IMG/VR virus record: IMGVR_UViG_3300042922_001018
Strand: one strand, 5' to 3'
Origin: a virus
Taxonomy: Duplodnaviria > Heunggongvirae > Uroviricota > Caudoviricetes
DNA: 64,000 bases
A program made the position numbers and the translations under genes. The notes under the pieces were generated by a model that saw only the letters and a program-made list of their open reading frames with translations, did no database searches and was not told the DNA's origin. Of the stretch, positions 10,080 through 19,680 are shown piece by piece (within the stretch, counting starts at the first letter, position 1; every line of letters starts with the position of its first letter).

Positions 10080-10924
10080 GCTTCGACGAGACCAAACACC
10101 CGCGTGCCAAGACGGGTCAGTTCGCCCAGAAGCGTGGCACCGCTCCAGACGAGTTCCTCCTCGGCGCTTTCGGTACCGCAGAAGACACCCGAAACTTCAC
10201 CGAGCTGAAGTACATCCACGACCGTGACATTGACATCTACGGCGACGCTGCCTGGAAGAAGGATGTCCAGCTCGCTACGCTCGCGAACACCAATCGGTTG
10301 CTCAACGAGGGCGTGGAGCTGCGTGATGAGCACAAGTCCTTCATCACCGAGGTCAACCGCGCAGCACACCCGCAGCCGGTTGACCTCGTGGCGGAACGCT
10401 ACCCGGATGCGGTAGGCATCAACCTGCGACGTTACGATAGCGGCCGTCTCGAACCCGTCATGCTGTTCAACGAGAACGACGAAGGGGTGTGGTCCGCCTC
10501 ACTCGCAGACGTTCGCGGTGACGAAATCCCTGGCCTCGCTGAGGCTATCAACCGCCTCCCCACGGAGGCCTTCGTCAAGACTGGCCGTAGCGCTGACTAC
10601 CGTCCAGAGCTGGCAAACCCTCGGACCGACCATGACCTCGGTTACGTGGACCTGACCCCTCGGCCAGCTATCCTGGCGGACTTCCCCGAAGCGACCAACG
10701 TTCACGCTGTTGAGCAGGGCGGTGTTCTTATCCCCGACTATGCCGAAACTGACAACGACGATGAAGAATCATTCTACGATTTTTCTGCTGAGTCCCAGGC
10801 CGCTGTCGCAGCGTCATGGACCCCAGAGAACCCCGGTAAATGGGAACCGTGGGACGACAACCAGAATCGCTGGGTTCTCCGCGTGGCTCCCTTCCCCGAA
10901 GCAACCGACCCGTTCAACGACTGA
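10076..10924 (+). CDS. Leader-tagged protein 8
   Basis: MSFDETKHPRAKTGQFAQKRGTAPDEFL; ATGA overlap. Confidence 0.85.
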   Translation: MSFDETKHPRAKTGQFAQKRGTAPDEFLLGAFGTAEDTRNFTELKYIHDRDIDIYGDAAWKKDVQLATLANTNRLLNEGVELRDEHKSFITEVNRAAHPQPVDLVAERYPDAVGINLRRYDSGRLEPVMLFNENDEGVWSASLADVRGDEIPGLAEAINRLPTEAFVKTGRSADYRPELANPRTDHDLGYVDLTPRPAILADFPEATNVHAVEQGGVLIPDYAETDNDDEESFYDFSAESQAAVAASWTPENPGKWEPWDDNQNRWVLRVAPFPEATDPFND

Positions 10925-10937
10925 GAAAGGCATCACC

Positions 10938-11648
10938 ATGAGCTTCAGCGAAACCGAGCACCCCCGAGCGACCGATGGCAAGTTCGCTGAGAAGACCGGC
11001 GGCGCGCCCGAGGTGGCCCTCGATGTCCAGGACATCAGCAAGGTCGGCGTCACCGAGAATGACGAGACCGGCTACGGATGGCGCAACCTTCGCGGCGCCG
11101 GAGTCGGTTACGACGAAGCAGAGTTCGCATTCCAGTCTCCAGACGGAACTACCGTCGTGGGTCTTCGTGATGCCGATGACTCCTCCCTGAGCATCGCTAT
11201 CGACGGCACCGACCCTGAGACCGGCGCGCATTTCGGCGACAGCGGCTACTTCCCTTCGCAGGGGTCATTCGACACCGCGGACCTCGGTCCTCACGGTGAC
11301 AAGGCCGCAATCGCTCTTCGCGACCATCTGAAGTTCGTCCCGGAGTTCCGAAACTCCCGCGCGTGGACGGCTGTAGACATCATGCCGGGCGACATGGTAG
11401 ACATGGCGCCCGTCCTCGAACGCCTCCAGGAGCAGGGCAGCGAAATCGACGAAGCTGACCTCATCGTCGCCGACAGCGAGCTGTTCCTCATCACCGACGT
11501 GAAGCGCGAAGACGAGAACACCGTGGTGCTCTACTCCGAGTCCGGTAACTACGCAGTCCCCGCCGAAGAACTCATTCTGGTCGAATACCACGACCCGGCT
11601 TACATCGAAGACTCGGAGTTCGAGCAGCCGAAGCATCCGCTCACCTGA
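10938..11648 (+). CDS. Leader-tagged protein 9 (paralog of 14655-15353)
   Basis: Start moved to ATG 10938 after the GAAAGG RBS; MSFSETEHPRATDGKFAEKTGGAPEVAL. Confidence 0.85.
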   Translation: MSFSETEHPRATDGKFAEKTGGAPEVALDVQDISKVGVTENDETGYGWRNLRGAGVGYDEAEFAFQSPDGTTVVGLRDADDSSLSIAIDGTDPETGAHFGDSGYFPSQGSFDTADLGPHGDKAAIALRDHLKFVPEFRNSRAWTAVDIMPGDMVDMAPVLERLQEQGSEIDEADLIVADSELFLITDVKREDENTVVLYSESGNYAVPAEELILVEYHDPAYIEDSEFEQPKHPLT

Positions 11649-11684
11649 GTAGCGCCGTGAACTCGGGCATGGTACGATGAGACC

Positions 11685-12509
11685 ATGTCCGAGTTCACGC
11701 ATGAAGTCTCCGAAGACGGCCTCACCCTGACTACCTCTGTCGCGGCCGGTGACATCACTGGCTCTGTGTCCGTCACGTGGGAGACCGCTGAGGTCGCAGC
11801 CGCACACATCGACACGACGAAGCTCGCCAACGAGGCGCGACTCAGTGAGATGGTCAATATCGGACGCTCGACCTCTGCGGGCATCTCCCGTAAGCGCCTC
11901 GGCCCGTTCTCCGTCGGGTATGGCAGCACCCGAGGGGACTACGACAACTGGCTCCTGCGTATCGGCAGCCTCGCGATTCGCCCGTCCGGAATCTCCCGTG
12001 AGGCAGACGGAAACCGCTTCGCCCTCGGCTTCGGCACTCGCCGTAAGGCCAGGTTCCTGACCGTGGAGAAGCACACTGACCCCGCAGCCCCGGCGCCCGA
12101 GGCGGAGACCAAACGCGTCATCAGTCGTGAAGACGTGGCGGTCCCGCTGAAGAACCCGTTCCGTCACGGCGACACCGTCATCGTCCCGGCGGGAGCGCTT
12201 GTCTGGGAGAAGGACATGCGCGAAGGCAAGACCATCGACCGCAAGCGCACGGTCAAGCCATGGCATCTCGGCGACGGCTACTTCTCCATGGAGAAGCTCT
12301 CGCCCGGTCACTACGGCTCCGGCCTCGTCGGCACCATCCTCGCTCACAAGCCGTACATAGTCTGGGGCGAGAAGGAGCTGCGCACCGAGGTTACTCCGGA
12401 GCTTCTCGAAGCGAACGGCAAGTCAGTGGAGTACGTAGAGGGCGAGTATGAGAACTTCTCCGCCTACATCGAGTCAGGCAACTACGAGCTGAAGGATATG
12501 GGCCTATGA
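11685..12509 (+). CDS. Untagged hypothetical protein with PLKNPF domain
   Basis: Leaderless transcript signature (TACGAT-6nt-ATG); PLKNPF...LEANGK domain shared with 12718 and 13587. Confidence 0.8.
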   Translation: MSEFTHEVSEDGLTLTTSVAAGDITGSVSVTWETAEVAAAHIDTTKLANEARLSEMVNIGRSTSAGISRKRLGPFSVGYGSTRGDYDNWLLRIGSLAIRPSGISREADGNRFALGFGTRRKARFLTVEKHTDPAAPAPEAETKRVISREDVAVPLKNPFRHGDTVIVPAGALVWEKDMREGKTIDRKRTVKPWHLGDGYFSMEKLSPGHYGSGLVGTILAHKPYIVWGEKELRTEVTPELLEANGKSVEYVEGEYENFSAYIESGNYELKDMGL

Positions 12510-12721
12510 CATTCGACGAATCGACGGTGAACCGTCGCAGCGATGGACGATTCGGCAACCGTTCCGGACAGAAGCCCGAGGTCTCGTTGGCGCCCAAGCG
12601 GGCCAAAGCGTCAACAGTTCCAGGTACTCCGCAGACTTCACTTCGGAGTATTCTCGATGTGACAGGAGCGTTCGGTCACAGCCGCGCGATGTCCACGCCT
12701 TCGGGGGCTAAGCGACCATGA
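12506..12721 (+). CDS. Leader-tagged protein 10 (71 aa, nearly leader only)
   Basis: MTFDESTVNRRSDGRFGNRSGQKPEVSL; ATGA overlaps on both sides. Confidence 0.7.
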   Translation: MTFDESTVNRRSDGRFGNRSGQKPEVSLAPKRAKASTVPGTPQTSLRSILDVTGAFGHSRAMSTPSGAKRP

Positions 12722-13590
12722 CGTTCAACGAGACCGAAGTCAACCGTGACCGAGGCGGTAAGTTCGCCGAAAAGACCGGCAGCGCCGCCGAAGTGTCGCT
12801 GGGAGCAGAACCCGCGCCGAAATACACGGTCAAAGGAATTCGTCGCTCGACCCCAGAAGAGCTTACGGCTGGTCCCGGCCTGGTAGCTGTCAACCCGCTC
12901 CCCGATGACGACGCGCTTCTCGTCGGGTCCGAAGCCTGGGACATCCGCGCCCAAGGCGTAGAGCCTGGCCCGACCCGAGGCACTGCGCGTCAGGCTCTCG
13001 CCACTAGCGAGCGTCGTCCCGGCTGGGAAGTCGAAGAGGAGTACGCCGCAGAACGCGAAGCCCGAGCGAAGAACGCCACAGGGAACCAAGCGGAGCTTCT
13101 TCTTACCCAGGCTCGTCAAGCGCGCGGACGCGCTGAAGAACTTCGGGCGCGGGCTGAACTGCGTGAACGCACCATCGTGCCGCTGAAGAATCCGTTCGCC
13201 GAAGGTGACAAGCTCACCATCCCGGCAGGCACCACCATCATCGAGACCGATTCCTACGGTGGGTACAAGGGGAAGACCGTCGCGAGCCGGAAGCGGAACG
13301 CTGCGGCTATCACCGCCACCCAGGGGTACTACCTCCACGTGCCACACCGTCACGTCTACGGCGGGACCGCTGCCGACCACGCTGCGAACATGCGCATCCT
13401 AAACGACTTCCAGATGGCGCGGCCGTATGTGCAGTGGTTCGGCCCGAACCACGTCAACCGCGTCTACCTCACCGAAGAGTTCCTGGAAGCCAACGGGAAG
13501 AACGTCGAGTACGACGAGGAGATGTTCGACAAGTACGCTGAAGACATCGGCAGCGGCCACTTCGGCGTAGAAGGAGTAACGAAGTCATGA
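12718..13590 (+). CDS. Leader-tagged protein 11 with PLKNPF domain
   Basis: MTFNETEVNRDRGGKFAEKTGSAAEVSL. Confidence 0.85.
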   Translation: MTFNETEVNRDRGGKFAEKTGSAAEVSLGAEPAPKYTVKGIRRSTPEELTAGPGLVAVNPLPDDDALLVGSEAWDIRAQGVEPGPTRGTARQALATSERRPGWEVEEEYAAEREARAKNATGNQAELLLTQARQARGRAEELRARAELRERTIVPLKNPFAEGDKLTIPAGTTIIETDSYGGYKGKTVASRKRNAAAITATQGYYLHVPHRHVYGGTAADHAANMRILNDFQMARPYVQWFGPNHVNRVYLTEEFLEANGKNVEYDEEMFDKYAEDIGSGHFGVEGVTKS

Positions 13591-14216
13591 CGTTCAACGA
13601 AGCTGAGACTAACCGCGACCAGACCGGTCGGTTCGCCGAGAAAGTTGGCGGCTCCCCCGAGGTATCTCTCGATGAGGACAAGACCGCGAACTTCGCGGGT
13701 CGTTACTTCGATGACCACATCCGGGGAACCTATGGGGACATCCCCTCGGACCACATCGAGAAGCTTCGCGAGCAGTACGTCGGCGATATTCTCGGCAACC
13801 CGGAAGCTGCTCGTCAGCTCGACGCCATCTACGTCGCCGACAGCGGGTTCACCGACGCGAACGGCCTGCCTGTTCCCAAGCCTCTGAAGAACCCGTTCCG
13901 AAAGGGACAGCGGGTTGTCATCCCCGCCGGTACCGTCGTGAGGTTCAAGGGTGAGGAAATCCTCACCGAGCGCAAGCAGACGGTGACCGTCCATATGTCG
14001 GGCAACGGGTACTACGACGAGGTCCGCACAGTAGACGGATGGGGCAACTTCAAGCTGCGGAAGCCGACCGTCACCTGGGCCGGAGCTGGCGGCTACTGGA
14101 AGGACGCACAGGTTGACCTGGATGTCCTCGAAGCGAACGACAAGACCCCCGAGTACGACGAAGAGGCAGTCGGGCACTGGAAACACCAGCTCGGCCGGAA
14201 GAACTTCCTAGGCTGA
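13587..14216 (+). CDS. Leader-tagged protein 12 with PLKNPF domain
   Basis: MTFNEAETNRDQTGRFAEKVGGSPEVSL. Confidence 0.85.
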   Translation: MTFNEAETNRDQTGRFAEKVGGSPEVSLDEDKTANFAGRYFDDHIRGTYGDIPSDHIEKLREQYVGDILGNPEAARQLDAIYVADSGFTDANGLPVPKPLKNPFRKGQRVVIPAGTVVRFKGEEILTERKQTVTVHMSGNGYYDEVRTVDGWGNFKLRKPTVTWAGAGGYWKDAQVDLDVLEANDKTPEYDEEAVGHWKHQLGRKNFLG

Positions 14217-14221
14217 GACCT

Positions 14222-14386
14222 ATGGGAAGGCGAGAACGCTACAGTGAAGAGTCTGTCCGCCTCGCCCTTGCCGTAGCAGAGAAAGCCGCCGCGAACCTCC
14301 GGCGCACCGGCCATACCGTAGATGTTGACCAGAACACGGGCCGTTACATCGTGAGCGGCAGACCCAGGCGGAAACTGATACGATAG
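14222..14386 (+). CDS. Small basic hypothetical protein (54 aa), not in the ORF track
   Basis: MGRRERYSEESVRLALAVAEKAAANLRRTG...; preceded by TAGGCT-7nt-ATG. Confidence 0.45.
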   Translation: MGRRERYSEESVRLALAVAEKAAANLRRTGHTVDVDQNTGRYIVSGRPRRKLIR

Positions 14387-14390
14387 GCGA

Positions 14391-14630
14391 ATGTCCACCC
14401 AGTTCTACCGCGGCACCCGGAAGAGTACCGGCGCCCAGAGCTTCCTCCACGACACTGATTCTCCGCTGGCGTTCTTCGAGGAGATGAACAACGCCAGCCC
14501 GCTGATTCTCGGTGATTGGACCGTGGACAGGCTGGACTACAAAGGTGACGTGCTAGAGACGGACATCGACTGGTCTGAAGTGCGCATCGAGACCACCGCG
14601 GGGCGTCTCTTCGGCGCGCCCAAACCGTGA
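14391..14630 (+). CDS. Small hypothetical protein
   Basis: TACGAT-6nt-ATG; high-GC3 codon usage. Confidence 0.65.
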   Translation: MSTQFYRGTRKSTGAQSFLHDTDSPLAFFEEMNNASPLILGDWTVDRLDYKGDVLETDIDWSEVRIETTAGRLFGAPKP

Positions 14631-14654
14631 CATCCCGTTTGCTAGACTGTCCGC

Positions 14655-15353
14655 ATGCCTAAGAAAGCAGCGCCAGAAATCAAGGGTGTCACACCCATCC
14701 CGAAGCCGCTGACGGAACTCAGCGGCTACGACGGTCCCTACAAGGACGGCATCTACCCCGACAGATTCGGTGGTAAGGGCTGGACCACGCTCCGCGTTGA
14801 GGACGAGTACGCAGACTACACGATGGCGCTGAAAGCGCCGGACGGTACCGTCATCACCGCCCAGCAGGCGCCGAACAACGACCTGCACATCGAGGTGAAG
14901 AAGGACGGTGCTATCGTCGAGACCACCGACCTCGGACCGCTCGACTATCTTCGTCCGCATCACTTCGGTGAGAACGGCTACGACCTGTACTCCGCCGCTC
15001 ATGAGCATCTCCTGTTCCTGGTGCAGTTCCGGAACAACCGCCTCACCACCCTCCGGCACCTCTTCCCCGGTGACTGGATTGACATGTTCCCGCTCCTGAC
15101 CCGTCTGAAGGAGGACGGCGAGATGCGCGTGGACAAGGAGAAGCTCTCCGAAGCCGAGGACAACAAGTTCCTCATCGAGGACGTGGAACGCGAGAAGGAC
15201 GGCGTCGTCATTCTGTACACCGACGGTGGCATCTTCACGTTCGACACCGACCTTCAGTCCTACGAGAAGTACAACTTCATCCGGATTCTGAAGCACGAGC
15301 CGAAGCACGCCAAGGACTCGATGTACCCGCAGTTCCGCCGCCCGCTCTACTGA
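14655..15353 (+). CDS. Hypothetical protein, paralog of 10938-11648 without the full leader
   Basis: Shared PDGT...HL.F...FRN...PGD..DM.P.L.RL...FLI.DV.RE...V.LY; TAGACT-6nt-ATG. Confidence 0.8.
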   Translation: MPKKAAPEIKGVTPIPKPLTELSGYDGPYKDGIYPDRFGGKGWTTLRVEDEYADYTMALKAPDGTVITAQQAPNNDLHIEVKKDGAIVETTDLGPLDYLRPHHFGENGYDLYSAAHEHLLFLVQFRNNRLTTLRHLFPGDWIDMFPLLTRLKEDGEMRVDKEKLSEAEDNKFLIEDVEREKDGVVILYTDGGIFTFDTDLQSYEKYNFIRILKHEPKHAKDSMYPQFRRPLY

Positions 15354-15367
15354 GGGAAGTCCCCTCT

Positions 15368-15400
15368 GACGCCCCGCCGAGATGATTCCGGCGGGGCGTC
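15368..15400 (+). terminator. Hairpin terminator
   Basis: GACGCCCCGCCG...CGGCGGGGCGTC. Confidence 0.65.
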
Positions 15401-15428
15401 GCCGTTCCTACAAGCAACTCCTCCTCCA

Positions 15429-15437
15429 CCGCCTACA
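15429..15437 (+). promoter_or_regulatory. CCGCCTACA motif ~40 nt upstream of the RBS-led gene at 15477
   Basis: Exact motif directly after a terminator. Confidence 0.55.
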
Positions 15438-15476
15438 GAGCGTTACAGCGGCACCGCCGCACGAGAGGAGTCCACC

Positions 15477-16154
15477 ATGTCTTTCACCGAGGCTGAGCAC
15501 CCCCGCGCGACCGATGGCAAGTTCGCTGAGAAGACCGGCGCGTTTCCGGAAGTCTCTCTGACCGACACGAAGCGTGAACTCATGCTGGGCAACATTCAGC
15601 AGAGCATCGCGCTCCTCAGTGATGCAAGCTTCGAGAAGTTCCCGCTCTCCATGCAGGAGTCCGCTATTGCGGCGGTGAACAGCCGGGAGGCGGACGATGA
15701 AATCCTCGCTGCGGCAGACGAACTGGCCGAAGCCTGCGAGTCCTGGAACTTCCATGACACGTCCCTGAAGCTGCGCGCTGGCATCTCGCGCAAGCATCAC
15801 GCAGCCGACCCGGACGCTCCACTCGACCACCCATACGCGCTCGCGTACGACCCTTCAACGCCGCCGGAGCTGCTCCGCCGTGTACGAGACGAAGGCGGCA
15901 GCACGTACACGTACGCGTTCCTCTCCAACGGGAGCGCGCCCAGCGAGTTCATCGACGAAATCGCTGGGGCTGAGAATGCTTGGATGCGCCAGCGCGCAGC
16001 CGCCCACCCGAACATCTCCAGTGTGGTCCTCCAGAAGCTCATGGACGATGACGACGACACTGTCCGCGACATGGCGAAGGCACAGATGGGGCACCGCAAC
16101 CGCATGTCGCTTGCGGAGCACTGGGAAGGCCGCGACAGTGACGAAGCAGTTTGA
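15477..16154 (+). CDS. Leader-tagged protein 13 with HEAT/LRV-like helical repeats
   Basis: MSFTEAEHPRATDGKFAEKTGAFPEVSL; repeats such as AAAHPNISSVVLQKLMDDDDDTVR; GAGGAG RBS. Confidence 0.85.
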   Translation: MSFTEAEHPRATDGKFAEKTGAFPEVSLTDTKRELMLGNIQQSIALLSDASFEKFPLSMQESAIAAVNSREADDEILAAADELAEACESWNFHDTSLKLRAGISRKHHAADPDAPLDHPYALAYDPSTPPELLRRVRDEGGSTYTYAFLSNGSAPSEFIDEIAGAENAWMRQRAAAHPNISSVVLQKLMDDDDDTVRDMAKAQMGHRNRMSLAEHWEGRDSDEAV

Positions 16155-16479
16155 CGAAGCAGAAGTCAGTCGGCATCTCGACGGCAAGTTCGGCGAGAAG
16201 CTAGGCAGTCAGCCAGAGGTATCGCTCGCGCCAACGCTGACTCCTACGCGCCAGGAGGCCTTGTCAAAGGCCGCTGACGGCGAAGTCACGCACATGATGT
16301 CTACCCGACTGGGCGGCAAGAACATCCCCGCGCACTACCGTATCGACCACAGGAAGGTGCCCGGCGCCGCCTACGAGTGGCTCCGCGCCAACGGGTACAT
16401 CCGGCACGATAGCCCGAGCCTCCGCGGTACGAAGGTCATCTTGACCGAAGCGGGCGAAGCCGCCTACAGCCAGTCATGA
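16138..16479 (+). CDS. Leader-tagged protein 14, possible winged-helix domain
   Basis: GTG 16138 after GGAAGG: MTKQFDEAEVSRHLDGKFGEKLGSQPEVSL; LTPTRQEAL...WLRANGYI...ILTEAG pattern. Confidence 0.75.
   Translation: MTKQFDEAEVSRHLDGKFGEKLGSQPEVSLAPTLTPTRQEALSKAADGEVTHMMSTRLGGKNIPAHYRIDHRKVPGAAYEWLRANGYIRHDSPSLRGTKVILTEAGEAAYSQS
16460..16468 (+). promoter_or_regulatory. CCGCCTACA motif, 7 nt before ATG 16476
   Basis: Exact motif at fixed spacing, embedded in the upstream gene. Confidence 0.6.
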
Positions 16480-17189
16480 GCTTCGACCCACAGGAACACC
16501 CCCGCGCCACTGACGGCACCTTCTCTCAGAAGGTAGGAACAGAGTCCGAAGTGGCTCTGGCACCTACGCCTTCCGTCATTGTCGCTGAAGGTGGCTCCGA
16601 CAGTATCGCGTTCACGGCTCCTGACGGTGAAGAGCTGGTCATGTACCACGACGAGAAGCAGTTCGCCGAGCACATCGACCCCATGGTCCGCGAACGCGAA
16701 GACGGCAACTTCGACGTGTACTTCGCATCCTACGACGAAGACCCACCGGAGTATCAGTTCATGGAAGGCGACGAGCTGGAAGGCTTCAGCTCCGCATGGG
16801 AACGAGATGAGTACATCGAGAAGAAGCTCTCCGAAGGCGTCTCGCCACAGAACATCTTCGTCGTAGAGCGCTTCGAGCACAGCAGCGTTCGCTACACGCC
16901 CCTTGCCAACTGGGAAGAGTGGTCCAACGACCCCCGCCCGGAAAGCCAGCGGCTCAACGACCAGTGGGACTCCGCTCCCAGCCATGTCTACATCGCGGGT
17001 GAAAGCGACAACCCGGCCGAGCAGGCAAAAGGCATCATGGACGACTACACCGACTACGCCAACGGTGACAACTACGTACTCCACCACAACGTCGTAGACC
17101 GCGATGGTGAGGTGCTGGAGCGCGAGAGCGTTCACGGTTTCATCGGCTCGGATGCCGCTGAAGAGAGCGTTCGCGCCGGAGAGGTCTGA
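16476..17189 (+). CDS. Leader-tagged protein 15 (very acidic)
   Basis: MSFDPQEHPRATDGTFSQKVGTESEVAL. Confidence 0.85.
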   Translation: MSFDPQEHPRATDGTFSQKVGTESEVALAPTPSVIVAEGGSDSIAFTAPDGEELVMYHDEKQFAEHIDPMVREREDGNFDVYFASYDEDPPEYQFMEGDELEGFSSAWERDEYIEKKLSEGVSPQNIFVVERFEHSSVRYTPLANWEEWSNDPRPESQRLNDQWDSAPSHVYIAGESDNPAEQAKGIMDDYTDYANGDNYVLHHNVVDRDGEVLERESVHGFIGSDAAEESVRAGEV

Positions 17190-17241
17190 GCCATGAGCTT
17201 CGGTCCGACACAGCATGCTGCGCTGACCCTGAACTGACTAC

Positions 17242-17892
17242 GTGTCGCTCGACTCCTGGTTCGACCCGCCCTCGGGTTCCCAGCCACGTCATCGGAATGG
17301 ACGCTTCGCTCAGAAGGCTCACTCTGCCCCGGAAGTCTCGCTCGGCGGTGAACCCGTAGCCCACGGTGCGCCTGAACGTGACGTACTGCGCTACGCTGTC
17401 GTTACCCACGGCGTCAGGTGGACTACGGCAACAGACCGGCAACATGTCATCGACGAATACGCTCCCGAGTTCGTCGTCGCTGTTACTGCTTCCGGGGCAT
17501 CATCGTACCGACGACACCCCGACGATGCGGAACATCAGAGATGGAGTTCGCAGGAGCACCGTACTGTGCCCGAACTCGCTCGTGTTCTCCTGCACGAAGA
17601 GGATGCAGGTTACTACGCATCGGTTCTCGTCCGCCCCGACATCACGCCCGCGATGGCACATTACGCTGCGCATCATCCAGACGCTTCCATTGCCCGCACC
17701 GCAATCGCACACCCGAGCATGACGATGAACGCTCTGCTTGCCCTCCGAGACCGATATGTTCGCAAGGCTGCCCGCGCTCAGGAACGCCACGCCGCTGAAG
17801 GGTGGCCTCCCGCCCAAGAGCATTGGTCATGGCTCCACCAGCGAGAACGTGCCACGGCCGCTTTCGCGGAACGTCGTCTGATGGGCGGCTGA
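17242..17892 (+). CDS. Leader-tagged protein 16
   Basis: SQPRHRNGRFAQKAHSAPEVSL near the N-terminus. Confidence 0.7.
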   Translation: MSLDSWFDPPSGSQPRHRNGRFAQKAHSAPEVSLGGEPVAHGAPERDVLRYAVVTHGVRWTTATDRQHVIDEYAPEFVVAVTASGASSYRRHPDDAEHQRWSSQEHRTVPELARVLLHEEDAGYYASVLVRPDITPAMAHYAAHHPDASIARTAIAHPSMTMNALLALRDRYVRKAARAQERHAAEGWPPAQEHWSWLHQRERATAAFAERRLMGG

Positions 17893-17900
17893 AGCCATCT

Positions 17901-17909
17901 CCGCCTACA
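17901..17909 (+). promoter_or_regulatory. CCGCCTACA motif, 7 nt before ATG 17917
   Basis: Exact motif at fixed spacing. Confidence 0.65.
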
Positions 17910-17916
17910 TCCGAGC

Positions 17917-19221
17917 ATGACCTTCAACGAAGCGGTAGTGAACCGTGACACTGTCGGCCGCTTCTCTGAGAAGAACGGCCTCGCGCCGGAGATTTTCCTG
18001 GACACGGACGAGCACCCCGACGAACTCGATGACCTCGCCCCAGCTCTGAGCTACACCATTCCGATGCACAATCTGGAAGCGTTCCGCGACCGCATCGACA
18101 AGGCGAACCGCAAGCTGGAAAGAGCGGGTATCGACGAACGCTTCAAGATGACCTACGCGCCTGAGATTCGTCGCGAAGAGGACGGCTCATTCACCCAGGT
18201 CGCATCCGTCGAACTCAACCAGCCCGTCATCAGCCACGGCGATTTCCGTTTCCTCGCCTACCACGAGGCCACGCCCAACGGCGACTTCATCACCCACGCG
18301 CAAGGGCGCGATATCGCCGACCCGACCGACGGCCGCTGCGACCACTGCAAACTGAACCGTCATCGCGGCAAGCTCTACACGGTCCAGAACAAGGAGACTG
18401 GCGAGGTACTCCAGGTAGGTTCCACCTGTCTAGAGCCATTCTTCGGCGTGAAGCCGAGCGGGCTGTGGGCGCTGGAAAACGAGGACGGACTCGACCTCGA
18501 AGAGTTCCGGTACCAGCCGGGCGGCGGCAATGGCTCGTCTCGCGCTTACGATGGCGACACACTGCTTCTTGCGGCGTACCGCGCTACGAACCGTGGCGAG
18601 AACTACGTCTCGCGTGACCGCGCAGACTACCAGAACCGCGCTACCGCCGACATCGTACGAGAGCAGCTCGACACTCGGTACACCGCGTCCGACGGTGAGA
18701 CCTACGCGGGTCACCCAACGGACGAGGAGACCGCGTACATCAAGCGCCTGAAGGAGTACGTCTCCGGTCTGGGCGATGAAGAAGAGTACGAACGCAATCT
18801 GAAGACGGTCCTCACCCCTGCCGAAGACGGAAGCACTTACGTCGGTTCGAAGCACATCGGTATCGCCGCCTCCGCGGTGGCAGCGCTCGCTCGCGCAGAC
18901 CGTCAAGCGGCCCGCGATGCAGCGAGGGCCGCACAGAATGCTTCGAAGAAGCAGGAGTATCTGGCACCCCCGAAGACAAAGGTCGCAGGCGTAAAAGCGA
19001 AAGTGACCGGTATCCATGGGTTCGATAATCAGTACGGATACCAGGAAATCGTCATCATGCAGGATGACCAAGGGCACATTCTGAAGTGGAAGACTTCGAG
19101 TTCCCCTGACCTAAGCACGGGCGATGACATCGTTCTGAGTGCCACTGTGAAGGACAATGAGGTCTACAACGGTGACTTCCAGACCTCCATCATCCGGCCG
19201 AAGTTCGAGAAGCAGACCTGA
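17917..19221 (+). CDS. Leader-tagged protein 17 with Zn-binding motif and probable C-terminal OB fold
   Basis: MTFNEAVVNRDTVGRFSEKNGLAPEIFL; CDHC...VGSTC; beta-rich C-terminus ending TSIIRPK. Confidence 0.8.
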   Translation: MTFNEAVVNRDTVGRFSEKNGLAPEIFLDTDEHPDELDDLAPALSYTIPMHNLEAFRDRIDKANRKLERAGIDERFKMTYAPEIRREEDGSFTQVASVELNQPVISHGDFRFLAYHEATPNGDFITHAQGRDIADPTDGRCDHCKLNRHRGKLYTVQNKETGEVLQVGSTCLEPFFGVKPSGLWALENEDGLDLEEFRYQPGGGNGSSRAYDGDTLLLAAYRATNRGENYVSRDRADYQNRATADIVREQLDTRYTASDGETYAGHPTDEETAYIKRLKEYVSGLGDEEEYERNLKTVLTPAEDGSTYVGSKHIGIAASAVAALARADRQAARDAARAAQNASKKQEYLAPPKTKVAGVKAKVTGIHGFDNQYGYQEIVIMQDDQGHILKWKTSSSPDLSTGDDIVLSATVKDNEVYNGDFQTSIIRPKFEKQT

Positions 19222-19238
19222 AGACGTAGGTCTACACC

Positions 19239-19281
19239 CGGTGAAGGGGCATTCGAGCAGATTTCGGGTGCCCCTTCACCG
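19239..19281 (+). terminator. Hairpin terminator ending the tagged-gene array
   Basis: CGGTGAAGGGGC...GCCCCTTCACCG. Confidence 0.65.
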
Positions 19282-19319
19282 TTCCATCGGCCTACCATGA
19301 ACCTGAGAGCAAGCTGAGA

Positions 19320-19680
19320 AAGTGGGTAAATGGGTAAATGGGTAATACCCACCTACCCACCTTTTGCTCTCAGCGTTCTCCCATGTTAACGCTAACACCC
19401 GCGGAAACACGGGGATTTCGGCTGTTTTTGGCCTTGCGTCCCTCGCGTCCCCTAGAAAACACTGGGATGTTGACGATAACATGGTGAGCTGCGTCAGCGT
19501 GCGTCCCGGCACAACTGGTTAAGTCTGGGAAAACGCTGGGAGACTCGATTCCACAGCGGAGTAGGGCGGAAACCCTTGAAAACACTGGGGAGAAGGGGCC
19601 TCTCTACTACTACTTACTCTTCAAATTTGGTTAGAATTAGATAGATAGAGGGGACGCTGCGTCACTGCGTCCCGTTTTTC
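19320..19680. repeat. Repeat-rich non-coding region, candidate replication origin or partition site
   Basis: 3x TGGGTAAW followed by inverted TACCCA copies; GAAAACRCTGGG x3 plus a variant; GCGTCCC x5; AT-rich tract ~19603-19650. Confidence 0.55.

Noticed and set aside
7040-19221. Tagged array as an integron cassette array or CRISPR-like repeat
   Set aside because: No attC-like palindromes or integrase; the repeat is in-frame protein sequence with synonymous variation, and many genes overlap by ATGA.
124-19221. Tag as a Tat or Sec signal peptide
   Set aside because: No conserved twin arginine and no hydrophobic H-region.
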